A stretch of DNA of 64,000 nucleotides, from assembly GCA_964035545.1 (NCBI GenBank), contig OZ037766.1, forward strand, positions 5,260,722 through 5,324,721. Reading direction: 5' to 3'. The notes beneath the pieces were generated by a model that saw nothing but the letters and a program-made list of their open reading frames with translations, was not told the origin of the DNA and ran no database searches. Numbering within the stretch: the first letter of the stretch is position 1; each line of letters begins with the position of its first letter. The position numbers and the translations under genes are program-made. Origin of the DNA: Bugula neritina (Eukaryota > Animalia > Bryozoa). Positions 61,201 to 64,000 of this stretch are shown piece after piece.

Positions 61201-61661
61201 TTTGACTTACTCGAGGAATGACTAGCATGCGATTTGACAATTTTTGAAATATTTGAGGGAGGGATGGATGGTAACACGCGAGATCTTACATCAACTTTTG
61301 CTATTTTGAAAGTGCTATTTTCGCCGTCAGAACTATTGGCGTCCATTGCATGAAGCCAATGCTCAAGTTTTGTTAAAATAGTTTTTCTATCGCCTGCAAT
61401 ACGATCAAATTCACGCAGTATATTTCGCAGCTTCTCCTCACTTATACCTAAACCGCGAGCTTCTGTTAAATGTTGTTCGGCTTCTTGTACAGTTTGATTG
61501 TTTAGAAGCTGTTTTCGCAGCTCTTTTGCGCGAATTAATGTAATGTTGTCCGCCAATTCTCGAGTTACTAGCAAATGGAATTCACTAATAATTTCTAATG
61601 ATATTTTTATATGCTCTAAGTGTTGCTGAACACGCAGCCGTGCGCTATGATAATGACTCAT
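55293..61661 (-). CDS. BEL/Pao gag-pol polyprotein (2122 aa)
   Basis: Gag (KFTGDPLEYADW; Cys/His knuckles incl. CFKCAVSGHSYKNC), protease LDSGS, RT YVDD, RNase H LHTFSDAS, integrase HAKLGH…CVTC / LDCFGP / SDQGTNF / GVWER; PR-RT-RH-IN order. Confidence 0.96.
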   Translation of the reverse strand: MSHYHSARLRVQQHLEHIKISLEIISEFHLLVTRELADNITLIRAKELRKQLLNNQTVQEAEQHLTEARGLGISEEKLRNILREFDRIAGDRKTILTKLEHWLHAMDANSSDGENSTFKIAKVDVRSRVLPSIPPSNISKIVKSHASHSSSKSKNSVESERAGPAKSVSVHSSDYQSNHSKSKKSHHSSHHIGNSRHSGSSDISSSHAPDSASGSWKTRTTGTSRSSKSNASYYKAQLAKSAAKVAAAEAKFQAECEARQVEEEIQRLELKHKEQILTRKGHIAELKLKAEIDAEKAQLNAFQQALDDELETELRDTLMRPPYRASHNSSKPSPFLHSPHHIDLSNQFPSTGGQPAHDIKQSLMTKEELPHQSPGIHKDPYEQYPQVNSAAHLPTHQNTHPTHTHLQSPNPLTNLTTTDFSAAIGKSIGDSMAAAMTMQANHLPTPDKFTGDPLEYADWKLAFDGLIGSCPYTDLQKLHLLREYVDGDAKQAIRGYFSLQSSNAYQDALHALETEFGSKELIEEQFLDRLEAWPRVTDAKSLKSYSYFLNQCLSASRQISGLKVLDRKRENKKLASVLPNNLQERWLRHAIAEEEKRKVFPSFHKFADFVAHEAKISCSNLREKYKSGSSKTAFKPITKQNNSKHSITLKSETTLPTPIVSKTSELVKNQQKHANKSQHTDSQSAKQQNSLSFDQKQRKEPECAYCLSNKKPRWKHHTAHCWNLAKLSAQQVNDFLASNSLCFKCAVSGHSYKNCNMKPVCETCKQAHPTIFHQKYTSQPTKQAYESKMQCSNQNKDSTVCNNLSINTSQTLMSMTLPVWVSSVKDPHTKVLTYANLDSGSDSCYITNSIVEQLTCTKKPTKLPMATMTHQNFELDTMVTDDLIIKGYSCNKEVKLPNVYSAEEIPAKYESIPQAGALTAWPHLQDLAKNMVKGQNISVGLLIGGNCPLAFKPREVVVGNDADDEPFGVRTDLGWVIMGSLATNNTHDDNSGSKTTIVNKTVTHSPKKAKTTVSFKCQTETSKQINKIINILAQDFKECVTDKEAASVEDRAFLSLMKQETKIIDGHVTMPLPFKHKPPRNNSFKTAKNRFNSLLKKFSKNQNLENQYKKFMEDLISKGEAEIVPQGLASHEDSTWYIPHFEVWHPKKPGKIRVVFDGAAKTDGKCINDYLMTGPDHLNSLTGILLRFRQEQIAVTCDIERMFHQFRVATEDTDYLRFFWLDERGEIAVFRMKVHVFGATSSPACATYGLRYLADQYSTDDPSSQQARNFIRNQFYVDDGLLSMPDATSATKVLTEAMRICQQGKVHLHKILSNEKEVLNSFPKSEQSATLHDLDLNSDCLPTERTLGLMWNSEQDSFQFQVNLADKPNTRRGVLSNVASVFDPLGLISPVILQGKMVLQDLCRKHLDWDDPLDESMLAKWLPWKQSLKDLEHLSIPRNYVPSSFGTPAKVELHTFSDASTTGYGQCSYLRFVSPAKRVHVALICSKGRVTPLKAITVPRLELQAARGAVDLSLKAAEELGMDNVAQYFYSDSEVVLGYIKNTQARYHTFVANRVQQIRDGSNADNWFHVPTKLNPADHASRGLSPKQIFSPECVWFTGPDFLWNEPLILPHQKKFINSHDDQEVKVSLATQHILAPLSQRITIFSNLDYTLKVIARIQTALCKTPLTQQEKRQKALHSLVKSVQSEFFTPEIKQLQQTQTTSKHSSIAKLCPFLDKAGLLRVGGRLQNSKLLSFEEKHPLLLPKHSHLTTLIINDTHAKLGHLGLEYTLSRIRSQGFWIIGGKSTISSKLRLCVTCKRIKAKPLTPQMATLPSVRVNEAPPFTHCGLDCFGPFIVKDGRKESKRYGLIVTCMASRAVHIELLEDMTTDSFINAIRTVVAIRGPIQTIQSDQGTNFIGAASLLQSDGTDSKLKSMNITMNFNPPHSSNFGGVWERQIRTIRSVLQGLGTRHGGRLSTSLLRTLFYEVMAIINCRPLTSTTDDMLPITPNMLLTMKSDVVLPPPSTFEEADIYARKRWRVVQQLANEFWTRWRKQYLLYLQSRQKWVNKVPEIKVGDIVLLCDDNTVRNQWPLARVVECNLSHDSVVRSVKVLVGSKTYPKDSNKRVYLIRPISKLVVLVRSS

Positions 61662-62376
61662 AGGCTACTGAATTTGAGTGCCAGCCAATGAAATTAATTG
61701 CTCTCAAAAAGTTTCTAATGTATGATTGTGCAATAGTGCATGCAAAACTAAGTAGTATTTGTCTAATATATGTAGCTGAATTTGAAAATTGAATACTGCA
61801 CCTACTTGCAGTATAAGACTGCCTCTATATGTATGATTTCACTATTACACAAGTAAATTTGATACCTAGTGTCAGTGATAAATAATATAAAGAACAGATT
61901 TACAGAATGAGTATAAGGAAATGATTCCCTATGACTACAAAAAGACAAATATTTTCAATATTACAATACTCAGAAAAGAAATTATTTTTTAATCAAGTCT
62001 TGTGTGATAAAAAATAGTTTCTGTGTAATGTTTGATCAAAGCTAGCAACGTTCTACTGAATTCCAATGAGTTTGATACTGCTAACTTGTGTGATTAGCAG
62101 TGAATGAATTCTTAGAAGTAATGGTTACTTAGCTGTAACTTGTATGTATGACAGGAGTGTGAGTGCTGGTTACTATGTAGTGGTTGGCAGTGTAGCTATT
62201 GTTGAAAATGCTGGCGACTTGGCAGTAGAGTTGATGGATGCTATACTGATCTAACAATGCTGAGGCTGGATCAGTAGTTGTCTTTTCTAGCTGCTGTTTG
62301 TCTCGCTGGTCTCAAGTTAGCGCAAGCCACTGGTTGTAGGATTAGCAAGCTGTTTACTCCAGTCACAAGTTTTCAC

Positions 62377-63121
62377 TGTAAACTATCATCCCTGGTTTGT
62401 AAACAGGCACAATGTGGTCTTCAGTCTCTACTGATGTTTTATTGGTAAAACTGTCGTGAAAACTACAATTAATGAAATTGTGAATATGCTATAATGAATG
62501 ATAATATGTGATAAAACTTTTATCAGTGATAATTTGACATTAACTAATAAGCTTCAAATAAAGAACAAGTCTTGCTATAAAAATCAGTATACACCATCTA
62601 AATTATTAAAATTGATATTAAAAAAAGGATAATACAAATGCCATAAATGATTGTCAAAAATACTACAATAGCAATAATTACCTTGTTAGACCATCCAGGA
62701 ATGGAGCTTATAACTTTGATGTTAATGTAGTAGGTATTTATTCTCTACTTTGACAATATTGATTTAAATGCAACAAAATATTTAATATAACATAAGTGAA
62801 AAGTTACTCAGCAGTTTATGCTACATGTTAGCTGACTGAAAGTGTAGCATAGAATGAGAGCTGAGAGTAAAATATACTTCAATGGATGAATCATTTCAGG
62901 AAGCTGATGGTGTAAAAAACTATTTATATAACTTAGTCATAGTGAAATCATACACATGAGGAAATCTTGTTGACTTTCGTGTGCAAATTTGTCATAGCTA
63001 TAAAAGCAAAACAGCTACATATACATGACTAATGTAATGGTTTTCTAATTATGGGCACGTTGGTTAACTTTGTTTGTTTTGATGAGAGCAAGAAATTTCA
63101 CTGGCATTCCAATTAATTACA
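62377..63121 (-). repeat. 5' LTR of BEL/Pao element
   Basis: Direct repeat of 54501-55245; one A/G difference seen. Confidence 0.96.
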
Positions 63122-64000
63122 CCAAGTTCAGCAAGTTTTTTTCACGTTCTCGAATTTCTTGCTCTTCTCTCTTTTAATATACAAATTATAGCCAATAACT
63201 TTACTCTCTTATACCATGACCATTATAGTTTTTCAAATTTTTTCAAGTTTGTTTCTAATCTATCTTTAATTGCTGTGCATTTTGATAATTTGCATGCATT
63301 CACCTCTCTATGCTTTTATTAATGAACAATTATGTAGTCAAAGACCACACAAATAAAGACACATGCTATTCTTTAAAGGAAAAAAAGATATCCTATCCAT
63401 TTGTATACTTTCTGTAGTCTGTTCAATCAGTTAATTGTTGTTGGTTTATCTTCAATTTTATTTTACTGTATTTTAAATCACAATAATTAACAGCTTTTAA
63501 AATATTTACATTTTTAATATGATAAATTATTATATTCAACTGAATTATGATTATTTTGTGGGTGCAGCTGATTTCACTCTAGTAATAAGAGTGGTGGCAA
63601 ACACTACTTTATAAAGTATAATAATATTCAAATTTGCTATCATACATCAATGCTTATTACATATTCAAATCTAATTTCACAGGTTGTTTTTTGTTTTATT
63701 TCAGATTTTAATTTTTTTCAGTCACAACAATAAATATGTTGACAAGCAACATTTATCATGTCCATGAAATTTTGCCTGCATCACTTTATGTTGACTGTTA
63801 TTTCTGGTTGGTATAAAAGTTGATTGTTTTAATAGCTAATGGTTAAATGAGTTATAAAATGTTTTAGACTCTGGCCAGCTGCTTCATCTGACATATCATT
63901 TTCGAGTAAAATTTCCTTACTGAGATATTAGTTGTACTTGTGGCAAAATATTTAAAAAGAACTACAGCTCTATTCAGAGTTTTGAGCACTTTGTCTATGA

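Larger units (their letters stand above)
54501..63121 (-). mobile_element. Full-length BEL/Pao LTR retrotransposon
   Basis: 745-bp TG…CA LTRs, 5-bp TSD CCAAG (54496-54500 and 63122-63126), empty site visible near 43503, PPT-like CAGGTGGGAG next to the 3' LTR, single gag-pol ORF. Confidence 0.97.
50726..64000 (+). repeat. Tandem duplication unit 3 (interrupted by two insertions, runs off window)
   Basis: Collinear with 40404-~44375 except for insertions at 53032-53689 and 54501-63121. Confidence 0.9.

Noticed and set aside
55564-61240. Short alternative-frame and antisense ORFs within the retrotransposon
   Set aside because: Shadow ORFs of the gag-pol frame with no independent signals.

Overview
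AT-rich, compact invertebrate (animal) genomic DNA. Bases 1 to ~43.3 kb are the 3' portion of one multi-exon plus-strand spectraplakin gene (MACF1/dystonin/Shot/VAB-10 family). It runs: plakin-repeat exons, an apparent alternative terminal exon with a stop at 5730, dozens of spectrin-repeat exons, two EF-hands, a GAS2/GAR domain and a Ser-rich SxIP tail with a stop at 43324. Its introns hold four tRNA genes (Phe, Val, Ser, Leu), tRNA-like elements, a 3-copy MITE and many minisatellites that abut splice sites. From 40404 a ~6.6-kb unit is tandemly triplicated. The unit contains the gene's GAR/SxIP tail, a structured GC-rich element and a 2-exon, 191-aa orphan gene with an immediate-early-like promoter. 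Copy 2 has lost ~3 kb and carries a perfect 42-bp intronic hairpin. Copy 3 keeps four intact GAR/tail exons, a 658-bp TSD-flanked insertion and a complete, very young BEL/Pao LTR retrotransposon (54501-63121). Exon boundaries and substitution counts were read by eye.
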